Source: Macrostomum lignano (lineage: Eukaryota). From it: DNA of 64,000 nucleotides. The stretch's first letter is position 1. Every line of letters starts with the position of its first letter. Below, piece by piece: positions 12,701-24,708 of this stretch. The notes beneath the pieces were generated by a model. It made no database searches. It was given only the letters and a program-made list of their open reading frames with translations, and was not told where the DNA came from. The translations under genes were made by a program, and so were the position numbers. Where the stretch lies: NCBI GenBank assembly GCA_002269645.1, contig NIVC01002123.1, positions 124,001 through 188,000 of the forward strand, written 5' to 3'.

Positions 12701-13338
12701 TAATGACCCCCGCCTGACAGTTTCTCTTCATAATGACCCCCACCTGAAAGTTTCTCTCCATAATGACCCCCACCTGACAGTTTCTCTCCATAATGACCCC
12801 CACCTGACAGTTTCTCTTCATAATGACCCCCCATCTGACAGTTTCTCTTCATAATGACCCCACCTGAGAGTTTCTCTCCATAATGACCCCCACCTGAGAG
12901 TTTCTCTCCATAATGACCCCACCTGACAGTTTCTCTTCATAATGACCCCCACCTGAGAGTTTCTCTCCATAATGACCCCCACCTGACAGTTTCTCTTCAT
13001 AATGACCCCCACCTGAGAGTTTCTCTCCATAATGGCCCCACCTGACACCGCTGGCCCCGCGCCGCCGCCAGGTGATCGCCCTCTCCGGCCTGTTCCTGCT
13101 GCTGTTCCTGGGCAACACCACCACCACCTTTGGCGTGGTGAAGCAGAAGATGAAGTCTGAGGGCTACTCGCTGCGGGAGAAGCTCAAGCGCAAGTACCGA
13201 TTCAGCGTCATGTCCGCCTACGGCAGGAGCTCCACCTCGTCCGACTCGCCCAGTGGAACCGCCAGCAACGCCGCCGCCACTGCCGCCTCCGACACCGACA
13301 ATCTGGCATCGTCCGATGAGCACGATAAGACGAATTGA
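6733..13338 (+). CDS. TMEM120: TMEM120 (TACAN) homolog. Exons 6733-6813, 9585-9703, 9799-9975, 10932-11307, 11775-11908, 13072-13338; the reading frame is broken in 11236-11307
   Basis: Motifs [23 protein letters not shown]|[55 protein letters not shown]|[10 protein letters not shown] match TMEM120A/B. All other junctions are phase-compatible. Confidence 0.9.
7150..7760. mobile_element. Possible MITE with degenerate inverted subterminal repeats (TTTGCCAAAA / TTTTGGCAAA) in TMEM120 intron 1
   Basis: Clusters of inverted motifs at 7150-7230 and 7700-7760; no TSD resolved. Confidence 0.4.
7877..8254. mobile_element. hAT-type MITE with 8-bp TSD TTTTATCC
   Basis: TTTTATCC at 7869-7876 and 8255-8262; ends TAGAGG... 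and ...GCCCTA; repeated ATCGTGA subterminal motifs. Confidence 0.75.
10070..10900 (+). repeat. 20-bp minisatellite ACAGACAGTAGCGGACACAA in TMEM120 intron 3
   Basis: Period 20, e.g. line 10261. Confidence 0.95.
11310..11640 (+). repeat. 16-bp minisatellite GAGCTTG(A/T)GAAG(T/C)TTC in TMEM120 intron 4
   Basis: Direct periodicity starting right after the donor GTGAGG at 11308. Confidence 0.93.
11940..13050 (+). repeat. ~30-bp minisatellite CACCTGACAGTTTCTCTCCATAATGACCCC in TMEM120 intron 5
   Basis: Period 30 at line 12541, with variable C-run length. Confidence 0.95.
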
Positions 13339-13989
13339 GTAGACTGAAATTAGTAATGCTTATAATAATTATTAATGGCATTATTAACTATCATATTGTA
13401 TTAGGATCTAGCTAACAATTTGTGCGTAGCTCCCATTCCAATTGGTGAAGAAATCATTTTTACATAAAAATTAAATTTACTTTTATTTTAGTAGTACATG
13501 TAGCTCTCTAGTGCTTTGTGTCCGCATTGGTCCAATTTTCTGAAATAACTGCTTGACCACTTATTTCCCGCTTTTGTAGTCTCTTTGTAGGCTAGAGATT
13601 AGATGGCTTAATCTAGATACGAGACTTTCTGAATATCTAGACTTTATAGCAGTTCAACTCAACAACCTTTAAACGCCAGCTCTATTACTTACAGTAACGA
13701 GTAGTCAGTTTTTTCTGCACGAATAAAAGATAATTGCTTGGTAGTTTCAAATTTAAAATCGAATCATTAATTACCTGTTGTTGACGCGAATCAATCGGCT
13801 CCTTCCTTGACACCCATAATTGTAAATCGATAAATTTCCCAAGACGCATAATACACGCGATCATGTGGGCGATAGCAGCAATTCGTTCTCTGATTTTCAA
13901 GGCTGTAGCCACTTATTCGAATAAGCTGTTCGTTCTTTGCACTCTTGTGCGTTTCTGCTTTCACTGTCTAGGGAAATTTGAGGACCTTT

Positions 13990-16900
13990 GTTAGTAGCTC
14001 CTGAATCAGTTTGGGGATCTTTGACAGTAGCTCCTGACTCAGTTTGCATGAGGATCTTTGTGAGAAGCTCCTGACTCAGTTTGCATGAGGATCTTTGTGA
14101 GAAGCTCCTGACTCAGTTTGCATGAAGATCTTTGTGAGTAGCTCCTGACTCAGTTTGCATGAAGATCTTTGTGAGTAGCTCCTGACTCAGTTTGCATGAA
14201 GATCTTTGTGAGTAGCTCCTGACTCAGTTTGCATGAGGATCTTTGTGAGTAACTCCTGACTCAGTTTGCATGAGGTTGAGAGTAGCTCCTAAATTAGTTT
14301 GGGGATCTTTGACAGTAGCTCCTGACTCACTTTGCATGAAGATCTTTGAAAGTAACTCCTGACTCAGTTTGCATGGGGATCTTTGAGAGTAGCTCCTGAC
14401 TCAGTTTGCATGGGGATCTTTGAGAGTAGCTCCTGACTCAGTTTGCATGGGGATCTTTGAGGGTAGCTCCTAAATTAGTTTGGGGATCTTTGACAGTAGC
14501 TCCTGACTCACTTTGCATGAAGATCTTTGAAAGTAACTCCTGACTCAGTTTGCATGGGGATCTTTGAGAGTAGCTCCTGACTCAGTTTGCATGGGGATCT
14601 TTGAGAGTAGCTCCTGACTCAGTTTGCATGGGGATCTTTGAGAGTAACTCCTGACTCAGTTTGCATGAGGATCTTTGTGAGTAGCTCCTGACTCAGTTTG
14701 CATGGGGATCTTTGTGAGTAGCTCCTGACTCAGTTTGCATGAGGATCTTTGAGAGTAGCTCCTGACTGAGTTTGCATGGGGATCTTTGAGAGTAGCTCCT
14801 GACTCAGTTTGAGAATCTTTGAGAGTAGCTCCTGACTCAGTTTGCATGAGGATCTTTGTGAGTAGCTCCTGACTCAGTTTGCATGAGGATCTTTGTGAGT
14901 AGCTCCTGACTCAGTTTGCATGAGGATCTTTGTGAGTAGCTCCTGACTCAGTTTGCATGAGGATCTTTGTGAGTAGCTCCTGACTCAGTTTGCATGAGGA
15001 TCTTTGTGAGTAGCTCCTGACTCAGTTTGCATGGGGATCTTTGAGAGTAACTCCTGACTCAGTTTGCATGAGGATCTTTGTGAGTAGCTCCTGACTCAGT
15101 TTGCATGGGGATCTTTGAGAGTAACTCCTGACTCAGTTTGCATGAGGATCTTTGTGAGTAGCTCCTGACTCAGTTTGGGGATCTTTGAGAGTAGCTCCTA
15201 AATTCGTTTGGGGATCTTTGACAGTAGCTCCTGACTCACTTTGCATGAAGATCTTTGAAAGTAACTCCTGACTCAGTTTGCATGAGGATCTTTGTGAGTA
15301 GCTCTTGACTCAGTTTGCATGGGGATCTTTGTGAGTAACTCCTGACTCAGTTTGCATGGGGATCTTTGAGGGTAGCTCCTGACTCAGTTTGCATGGGGAT
15401 CTTTGTGAGTAACTCCTGACTCAGTTTGAGGATCTTTAAGAGTAGCTGACTCCTGACTCAGTTTGCATGGGGATCTTTGAAAGTAGCTCCTGACTCAGTT
15501 TGCATGGGGATCTTTGAGAGTAGCTCCTGACTCAGTTTGAGGATCTTTAAGAGTAGCTGACTCCTGACTCAGTTTGCATGGGGATCTTTGAAAGTAGCTC
15601 CTGACTCAGTTTGCATGGGGATCTTTGAGAGTAGCTCCTGACTCAGTTTGAGGATCTTTAAGAGTAGCTGACTCCTGACTCAGTTTGCATGGGGATCTTT
15701 GAGAGTAGCTCCTAAATTAGTTTGGGGATCTTTGTGAGTAGCTCCTGACTCACTTTGCATGAAGATCTTTGAAAGTAACTCCTGACTCAGTTTGCATGAG
15801 GATCTTTGTGAGTAGCTCCTGACTCAGTTTGCATGGGGATCTTTGAGAGTAACTCCTGACTCAGTTTGCATGAGGATCTTTGTGAGTAGCTCCTGACTCA
15901 GTTTGGGGATCTTTGAGAGTAGCTCCTAAATTAGTTTGGGGATCTTTGACAGTAGCTCCTGACTCAGTTTGCATGGGGATCTTTGAAAGTAACTCCTGAC
16001 TCAGTTTGCATGAGGATCTTTGTGAGTAGCTCCTGACTCAGTTTGCATGAAGATCTTTGTGAGTAGCTCCTGACTCAGTTTGCATGAAGATCTTTGTGAG
16101 TAGCTCCTGACTCAGTTTGCATGAGGTTGAGAGTAGCTCCTAAATTAGTTTGGGGATCTTTGACAGTAGCTCCTGACTCACTTTGCATGAAGATCTTTGA
16201 AAGTAACTCCTGACTCAGTTTGCATGGGGATCTTTGAGGGTAGCTCCTAAATTAGTTTGGGGATCTTTGACAGTAGCTCCTGACTCACTTTGCATGAAGA
16301 TCTTTGAAAGTAACTCCTGACTCAGTTTGCATGGGGATCTTTGAGGGTAGCTCCTAAATTAGTTTGGGGATCTTTGACAGTAGCTCCTGACTCACTTTGC
16401 ATGAAGATCTTTGAAAGTAACTCCTGACTCAGTTTGCATGGGGATCTTTGAGAGTAGCTCCTGACTCAGTTTGCATGGGGATCTTTGAGAGTAGCTCCTG
16501 ACTCAGTTTGCATGGGGATCTTTGAGAGTAACTCCTGACTCAGTTTGCATGAGGATCTTTGTGAGTAGCTCCTGACTCAGTTTGCATGGGGATCTTTGTG
16601 AGTAGCTCCTGACTCAGTTTGCATGAGGATCTTTGAGAGTAGCTCCTGACTGAGTTTGCATGGGGATCTTTGAGAGTAGCTCCTGACTCAGTTTGAGAAT
16701 CTTTGAGAGTAGCTCCTGACTCAGTTTGCATGAGGATCTTTGTGAGTAGCTCCTGACTCAGTTTGCATGAGGATCTTTGTGAGTAGCTCCTGACTCAGTT
16801 TGCATGAGGATCTTTGTGAGTAGCTCCTGACTCAGTTTGCATGAGGATCTTTGTGAGTAGCTCCTGATTCAGTTTGCATGAGGATCTTTGTGAGTAGCTC

Positions 16901-18290
16901 CTGACTCAGTTTGCATGGGGATCTTTGAGAGTAACTCCTGACTCAGTTTGCATGAGGATCTTTGTGAGTAGCTCCTGACTCAGTTTGCATGGGGATCTTT
17001 GAGAGTAACTCCTGACTCAGTTTGCATGAGGATCTTTGTGAGTAGCTCCTGACTCAGTTTGGGGATCTTTGAGAGTAGCTCCTAAATTCGTTTGGGGATC
17101 TTTGACAGTAGCTCCTGACTCACTTTGCATGAAGATCTTTGAAAGTAACTCCTGACTCAGTTTGCATGAGGATCTTTGTGAGTAGCTCTTGACTCAGTTT
17201 GCATGGGGATCTTTGTGAGTAACTCCTGACTCAGTTTGCATGGGGATCTTTGAGGGTAGCTCCTGACTCAGTTTGCATGGGGATCTTTGTGAGTAACTCC
17301 TGACTCAGTTTGAGGATCTTTAAGAGTAGCTGACTCCTGACTCAGTTTGCATGGGGATCTTTGAAAGTAGCTCCTGACTCAGTTTGCATGGGGATCTTTG
17401 AGAGTAGCTCCTGACTCAGTTTGAGGATCTTTAAGAGTAGCTGACTCCTGACTCAGTTTGCATGGGGATCTTTGAAAGTAGCTCCTGACTCAGTTTGCAT
17501 GGGGATCTTTGAGAGTAGCTCCTGACTCAGTTTGAGGATCTTTAAGAGTAGCTGACTCCTGACTCAGTTTGCATGGGGATCTTTGAGAGTAGCTCCTAAA
17601 TTAGTTTGGGGATCTTTGTGAGTAGCTCCTGACTCACTTTGCATGAAGATCTTTGAAAGTAACTCCTGACTCAGTTTGCATGAGGATCTTTGTGAGTAGC
17701 TCCTGACTCAGTTTGCATGGGGATCTTTGAGAGTAACTCCTGACTCAGTTTGCATGAGGATCTTTGTGAGTAGCTCCTGACTCAGTTTGGGGATCTTTGA
17801 GAGTAGCTCCTAAATTAGTTTGGGGATCTTTGACAGTAGCTCCTGACTCAGTTTGCATGGGGATCTTTGAAAGTAACTCCTGACTCAGTTTGCATGAGGA
17901 TCTTTGTGAGTAGCTCCTGACTCAGTTTGCATGGGGATCTTTGTGAGTAACTCCTGACTCAGTTTGCATGGGGATCTTTGTGAGTAACTCCTGACTCAGT
18001 TTGCATGGGGATCTTTGAGGGTAGCTCCTGACTCAGTTTGCATGGGGATCTTTGAAGGTAGCTCCTGACTGAGTTTGCATGGGGATCTTTGAGAGTAGCT
18101 CCTGACTCAGTTTGAGGATCTTTAAGAGTAGCTGACTCCTGACTCAGTTTGCATGGGGATCTTTGAAAGTAGCTCCTGACTGAGTTTGCATGGGGATCTT
18201 TGAGAGTAGCTCCTGACTCAGTTTGCATGGGGATCTTTGAGAGTAGCTCCTGACTCAGTTTGAGGATCTTTGAGAGTAGCTCCTGACTCA
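13990..18290 (+). repeat. 37-bp satellite TCCTGACTCAGTTTGCATGAGGATCTTTGTGAGTAGC (~115 monomers) containing a 1884-bp higher-order duplication
   Basis: Monomer spacing 14041/14078; identical ORFs at 14656 and 16540; diagnostic variants recur at +1884. Confidence 0.96.
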
Positions 18291-18959
18291 AGCTGAGGAT
18301 CTTTGAGCAGCAGCGTGGTGAGACAAAAACAGGATTAGTACATCTGAATTGAAATCGAAACGGGATATGGGAATCTCTGTATTATTTGGCTTAGGTTTAG
18401 AAGAGCAAATCAAAACGTCAGTGTTGTAATTCTGACAAACTTTTGGCACAAAAAATCACAGAAAAGTAATAATGCTGTACTTTAGTGCAGTGAACTGTTG
18501 AGGCATAATAATGAATGCATTATTGATGATAAAATCAACTTTTTTCCATTATATTTAAAAAGTTGAATGTATTAAAGCTGAATAATTTGCACAATTATTG
18601 TCAGATACGAATGTATTTTATACAATTTTTATTACGATAGAAAATAGAGGAAGAAAGGAATTCATAGCAGTAGGTATAAGATCGATACAATTCTAATACA
18701 TAATGTAATAATACGCATTCACACCAAATGCGAAATGACTAATGAACTTGTTGGCAGCAACTTGTCAATTTGATAAATTATTAATGCAACACGCATTTTC
18801 GATACTTAATAAACATAGTGACTACGCTTATTAATGGAATGATTACGAACATGATAGCAATGAAATAATAGTAAAAATACCCAAGAAAAAGTACTTACTT
18901 GTCCGCGTCCTGCCTGCTTTGATTCCAGTTAATAAATTGATTTGATATAGCGTTTTCTA

Positions 18960-19400
18960 CCGTTGGAGGTTGGAGGCGCCTGGTTGGACATGCGTATGTA
19001 CATTGGAGGAAGAGATTGGAGGAATTTGGTTGGGCGTGTGTATGTACATTGGGGGAAGAGGTTTGAGGCAGTTGGTTAGGCGTGTGTATGTACATTGGGG
19101 GAAGAGGTTGGAGGCGCCTGGTTGGACATGCGTATGTACATTGGAGGAAGAGATTGGAGGCAGTTGGTTGGGCGTGTGTATGTACATTGGGGGAAGAGGT
19201 TGGAGACAGTTGGTTGGGCGTGTGTACGTACATTGGGGGAAGAGGTTGGAGGCAGTTGGTTGGGCGTGTGTATGTCCATTGGGGGAAGAGGTTGGAGGCG
19301 CCTGGTTGGACATGCGTATGTACATTGGAGGAAGAGATTGGAGGCAGTTGGTTGGGCGTGTGTATGTACATTGGGGGAAGAGGTTTGAGGCGCCTGGTTG
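18960..19400 (+). repeat. 46-bp G-rich minisatellite (two alternating variants) downstream of SYAP1
   Basis: Unit GGTTGGAGGCAGTTGGTTGGGCGTGTGTATGTACATTGGGGGAAGA. Confidence 0.9.
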
Positions 19401-19851
19401 GACGTGTGCCTGTACAATAGGGGAAGGGCATGGAGGTGACTGTTAGACATGACAAGCGTCCCACGCCATTTTTTGGGTTAGAATCCAATGCGAATACAAA
19501 CAGAATTTTGTCAAGTGCAGGAATTTTTTAACGCAGTCAAAAATTAAAGTTAGCGACGCCAAAGAGGTAAACAATTAAGACATACAAGGATTACGCAATA
19601 AAAGTTTAGTGCAATTCGGTTTGGCCAACAAAGGCCTGATATGTGGCTTCAGCTATCAAAACCAAGCTCGCTAAAATGAACAGCACGAATTAACAAGTTA
19701 ATTTAATAATTCAGTCGGGAGAGAATCTCATTGGGGCTTTCGCTATTTATTATTGAGCTATATACGAATATACGCTATATACGATTAGTGTCTTTGATTG
19801 GCAAAGACAGGATTAGATCGAGTTTTAGCAGAAGCACAGGCACAGACTGAA

Positions 19852-21309
19852 CTAGTCCTTCGGCTGGCTGCCCGAGGTTATAGGTTCGAGTCCGGCCAGC
19901 TCCAGCTGCAGTTCCCGCTCCCAATCATTGTAAACAATTTCAACGACATCATCACCGACCTCGGCCTCAAGAGCCTCTCTGGACGGCACTCGCTCAAAGC
20001 TATCGCTGCTGCAGGCTGACGAGCATTCAGAGGCCTCGGCAGGCGAATGCGCTCTCGCTTCCCTAGCAACAGTTGCTAGGGCTGGAGTGGATACTGAGAG
20101 CTGCGCGGAGCGGCGGATCACGCTAACCTGAGGTTGGGAAATGTCAACATTGTATCCAAATCTGGGGGCTAGCAGGGGACTCTGGGGGCTAGCAGGGGAC
20201 TCTGGGGGGCTAGCAGGGGACTCTGGGGGGCTAGCAGGGGACTCTGGGGGCTAGCAGGGGACTCTGGGGGCTAGCAGGGGACACTGGGGGGGCTAGCAGG
20301 GGACATTATGGCGGCTAGCAGGAGACACTATGGCGGCTAGCAGGGGAAACTTTGGCGGCTAGCAGGGGACTCTGGGGGCTAGCAGGGGACACTGGGGGCT
20401 AGCAGGGGACACTGGGGGCTAGCAGGGGACACTGGGGGCTAGCAGGGGACACTATGGTGACTAGCAGGGGACTCTGGGGGCTAGCAGGGGACACTGGGGG
20501 GCTAGCAGGGGACACTGGGGGCTAGCAGGGACACTGGGGGGCTAGCAGGGGACACTATGGCGGCTAGCAGGGGAAACTTTGGCGGCTAGCAGGGGACACT
20601 GGGGGCTAGCAGGGGACACTGGGGGCTAGCAGGGGACACTGGGGGCTAGCAGGGGACACTGGGGGCTAGCAGGGGACACTATGGTGACTATCAGGGGACA
20701 CTGGCGGCTAGCAGGGGACACTTTGGCGACTAGCAGGGGACTCTGGGGGCTAGCAGGGCACATTGGGGGCTAGCAGGAGACATGGGTAGTGGGTAGCTAC
20801 AGCATCACTTAACAGGCATGAAAGAGGCACAGCCAGCCAGCAGCCAAGACTCAGCTCCATACCCTATAGAAATAATTCCTCCAGAACTGCTCCTCGGCCA
20901 GCCGCCTCGGCACCAGTCTGAATCGCATCTGCCTGAGCGCCGGGTCGGCCTCCAGCGCGGCCATAGCCGATGGCAGTACCGGCTCCAAGCAGAACTCGAA
21001 GCCGCAGCTGGCAGGCGGTGGGCGGAGAAAATTGCGAGGATCCTCAGCCAGCGATAAAATCTGATTGCGCGGACCCGGCTCCAGGCCAGACCAGGGCGGC
21101 TCTGCAGCGGCCGAGGAGGCCAGAGAAGCTTGCTGTTGCTGCTGCCCAGAGTCGGTGACGGCCATGGCAGCAGCGGCAGCGGCAGCCGCAGTAGAAGCCA
21201 CAGCGCTGGTGGCCCGCCGGCCCAGACAGTAGAGTGTGGTGCCCCAGCTCTTGGCAGCACTGCCTAGACTGGCTTGGCGTGGACTAGGCGCTGATGCGTC
21301 AGCTAGCAT
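19852..21309 (-). CDS. SYAP1: SYAP1-like BSD-domain protein. Exons 21309-20863 and 20127-19852; the start codon is uncertain (frame open to 21393; an upstream exon is possible)
   Basis: EPPW...QILSLAEDPRNFLRPPPA...MRFRLVPRRLAEEQFWRNYFYR|VSVIRRSAQ matches SYAP1 (FWRNYFYRVSLIKQSAQ). Donor GTATGG at 20862, acceptor CAG at 20128, phase 0. Confidence 0.85.
20160..20780 (+). repeat. 19-20-bp G-tract minisatellite GGGGACACTGGGGGCTAGCA filling the SYAP1 intron
   Basis: Direct periodicity within intron 20128-20862. Confidence 0.95.
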
Positions 21310-23625
21310 GGCCAGAGTTGGCGTCTGGAAGAGCTCTGACTGAGTGATCAACAATTGAAAGTAGAGTTCCACTGTAACCAAAAATTTTCCCATAATTTAT
21401 CCATAGCTAAATAATGCTACCCAACTACTCAATAAATTTTAATGATCTTATAATATACATCATTACATCATAGTGAAAGAGTAAATAATGACAGCAATAG
21501 TTAAACTTGTCACACATAAGTTACATAACTGCGACTCATTTATTTATTGTACAAAAATGGCTGGGACTGCATTTATCTTAACTTGAGTCACCAACCACCC
21601 CAACCACACAATTCACACGTGGCATTGAAATCTGTTGCCTAAGTCCTCAACTTTTAGGACAAGAGAAGAGTTCATCTCATAAAAAGCTTTGAAACTTTCA
21701 AAGCATTCAGGTAAATATGATATTTACTTGTCTATTACACCTAAGATTTAGGATATTATATATGCAATTGACCTTAAACTCTTTAAGGCAGTGAAGATAT
21801 TTGTCACTTTGTTTCAGTTGGATAGGTCAAATTTAGGTCAATAGACACTTTCTTCCTATTCAACCCTATATCGCTATTCTAGTTATAAAGACTATAGAGT
21901 GAAAGATTTTATACATACATGTATGTCAATGTCCTCTATTAGTTTAGAAGTGTTGGTGACAGACAAAAAAAACACTTTTCTCTCTATGAAATAATCTGCA
22001 AAATTCCTAAGTTTTCTAAATGTCATGGGTTTCAGAAGACCTTATCTAAATAAACTTTATTCATTGCAAGATTCAGATATGGTCTTGATTCCAAACTGTT
22101 AAGTCTAAACAAGTCTAACTTGGACTCCAAGGATAAGGCCAATTTTGAAGAAGAAAAAATTAAATTATAGAACAATAAAAAGCCTAGAATATTATATTTG
22201 AATATGATAACAATCAACTACATCCATGTATTAAATTTCTAGGAACAAATGGTTGCAATTCATCTTGGAATCTACCAGATCAAGCTAATAAAAATGCATC
22301 TTTTATTGAGAAGTTCTTGACAGGCAACAATTTTTAGCATATTTTGGACTAGAAAAATGCGAGAGCTTGGAAAGAGCTTATGAATGTTTAAGAGCCAGAT
22401 ATGTTACCCAAGATAGTTTAATAGAAGGACTGTAGCCCAAATGAAATTTGAAAATCTGTGGGTTTTTGTGCCTGCACAATATATAAGGCTAAATAAGAAG
22501 CCTGAATTGAATATTTACTAGTCAAAATTTTTTCAATCACTTCTCATATTTAAGCCAACCTTCCTACCTTTCTTATAATCAGTTTAAGAATATCATAGGC
22601 TTTATACGATTCTATAATTACAATCCCAAGAACCTAGATAATGCAATTTATAAAAATTAACCTTTTTTGCTTATGCTTGCAGCTTAAAACCTTTGTCAAA
22701 CCAACTACATACTTTGCTATCAAGTATCAACATTGGCAAAAGCCTAATACTATATAAAGGCAGTCAGATTTTAAGTAATATATCTTAAAATGGAGTAGAT
22801 ATTAAGGTATTAAGCTTTACTGCTTTTGTAAATCCAATAGTGGCTATCTATAGAACCTAGCTGTGTATTTTGTATATTAGTTGTCAAAAGAAAACTTAGA
22901 AGATTGGTATCAACCTCAATTGCAATGAGGTTATTATTGAGCTATCTCAAAACTTGCTCAACTTAGGCTATTATACCCTTTTAAATAGCTAGTTTGGCTC
23001 AAATTGCTTAGCCACTAGAGTAGGCCCTAGCATTTTGATAATAGCATGACATATAAAGAAAGCATTAACAAGAATATATACTCAATAGCATAAAAAGGTT
23101 GTCACTTTACCTTTGAGTGTCTAATAAATTCTAGCTTAGCATTGAATTTGAATGATAAAACTTGTACCACATGACAGAGTTGGGCTAAATAAGAAAAAAT
23201 TGAAAAGTAGATAGCAAAGACTAGATATATGGATTAAAGATTCTTTCTAGGCCTAGTTTTTATTTTTTAATCATTAATATAAAAAAAGAATGGCTAGGTG
23301 TTAGACTCCAGTTGAAAGATATTAGGGCAAAGGATAGCAACTTTTTAATATTATTGAGTATATTCACTTGGCTACATTCTCAATTAAGAAGAGCCCCACC
23401 TGCCTAGGCAGTGAATGAATAGTTGCTAAGTAATATATTGCTAGTTTTTTTTCAACAAATATTATTATTAGTTTATAAAGGCGTAAAGATAAAGGAAATT
23501 GCTGAGAAAAGCAAAAATCACTCTAGCTAAGTTGATAATAAAGACTTGATCATTTAAAGTAGGCTTAGCACTCATCAAATAGTCTCCAAGATATAAAAGC
23601 ATTTTGATAGTAAGGCAAAGGCAAA

Positions 23626-24129
23626 TAGGGATTGCAATCCTGGGATTCCAAAATCCTAGGATTGGGCCCAAATCCCAGGATTTCCAGTCCTAGGATTTGG
23701 GGTATGAAATCCCAGGACTAATTTTTGTTATTGTTTTTATAAAAAGTGCTATAGGAGTATAATATGAACATAATTGGGCCCACAACTAGTTTATTATACT
23801 GCACTAATTTCCATTAATTGCCTCATGTCGCATAGCACCTTTTTTAAACCCCGCATTATAGATTTAAATATGAAATTTATTCCTTTATAAATTTTGATAT
23901 ATGATTTGCTTCTTTACTACTATTTAGTACTTTTACTTACTTAAATACATCACAAGATAATGGTGTTTTTCATTTACAAAAAGATCATTATCTCTAGTAC
24001 AATCAAAAATGGAAGCAAAAATATATTTAGTGCATATTTTGCCTTGTAATTTCAACCCAAAAGCTTAAAAATCTGTATTTTTCAGATCCTAATCCTAGGA
24101 TCACAAAAAACTGGTATTTTGCGATCCCA
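23626..24129. mobile_element. hAT-type MITE with 8-bp TSD AAGGCAAA
   Basis: Left end TAGGGATTGCAA, right end TTGCGATCCCA; AAGGCAAA at 23618-23625 and 24130-24137; internal ATCCCAGGA/ATCCTAGGA motifs. Confidence 0.7.
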
Positions 24130-24708
24130 AAGGCAAATATAGGCCTAAGCTAAGGCCTAATCAAGAGAACATCAATAAAAAAGAAAAATAGAAAGTACAT
24201 AAAGAATATAAGGAACAATCAAATTGATATAACATGGAACTGGAAGCATACATATAAGATGCTTACTATCAGTAGCGCAACCATAAATTTTTTGAGGGGG
24301 GGGGCAGATTCTGGAGGGTAAAGTCCCAGGAGGGGAGGCAAAAAGGTGGCTTTGTTTTTGGCAAAAAATTGCTTGGCCTATCTATTTTTTGGGTCTTTGC
24401 CTAAGGCGGGGGGACTGCCATTTATTAAATTTATTAAATTTATTAAATTTTCCAAGAAACGAAGTGTTTTCAATTGGACAAGACTATGTTGTTTTATTTT
24501 TTAAAGCAACAAAAAAGTAAAATAAATTAAGGCTAGGTCTATGAAAGTTTTTGATAATTTAAATAGAAAAACGCTATAAATTAGTTAGATAATTTGATTT
24601 AATACTAAGAAATTCGCGCAAAAATGACTACAGAATTTCCTTAGAATTGCGCCGTTACAGTATTATTTTTTTATGCATAAAAGAATACACTGAATTTCGA
24701 AATATAAG

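Noticed and set aside
13990-18290. CRISPR array (37-bp repeats)
   Set aside because: Monomers are contiguous with no unique spacers, there are no cas genes, and the context is eukaryotic.
21648-21710. Possible plus-strand mini-exon (AG|GAC...CAG|GTAAAT)
   Set aside because: No partner exons or recognisable homology.
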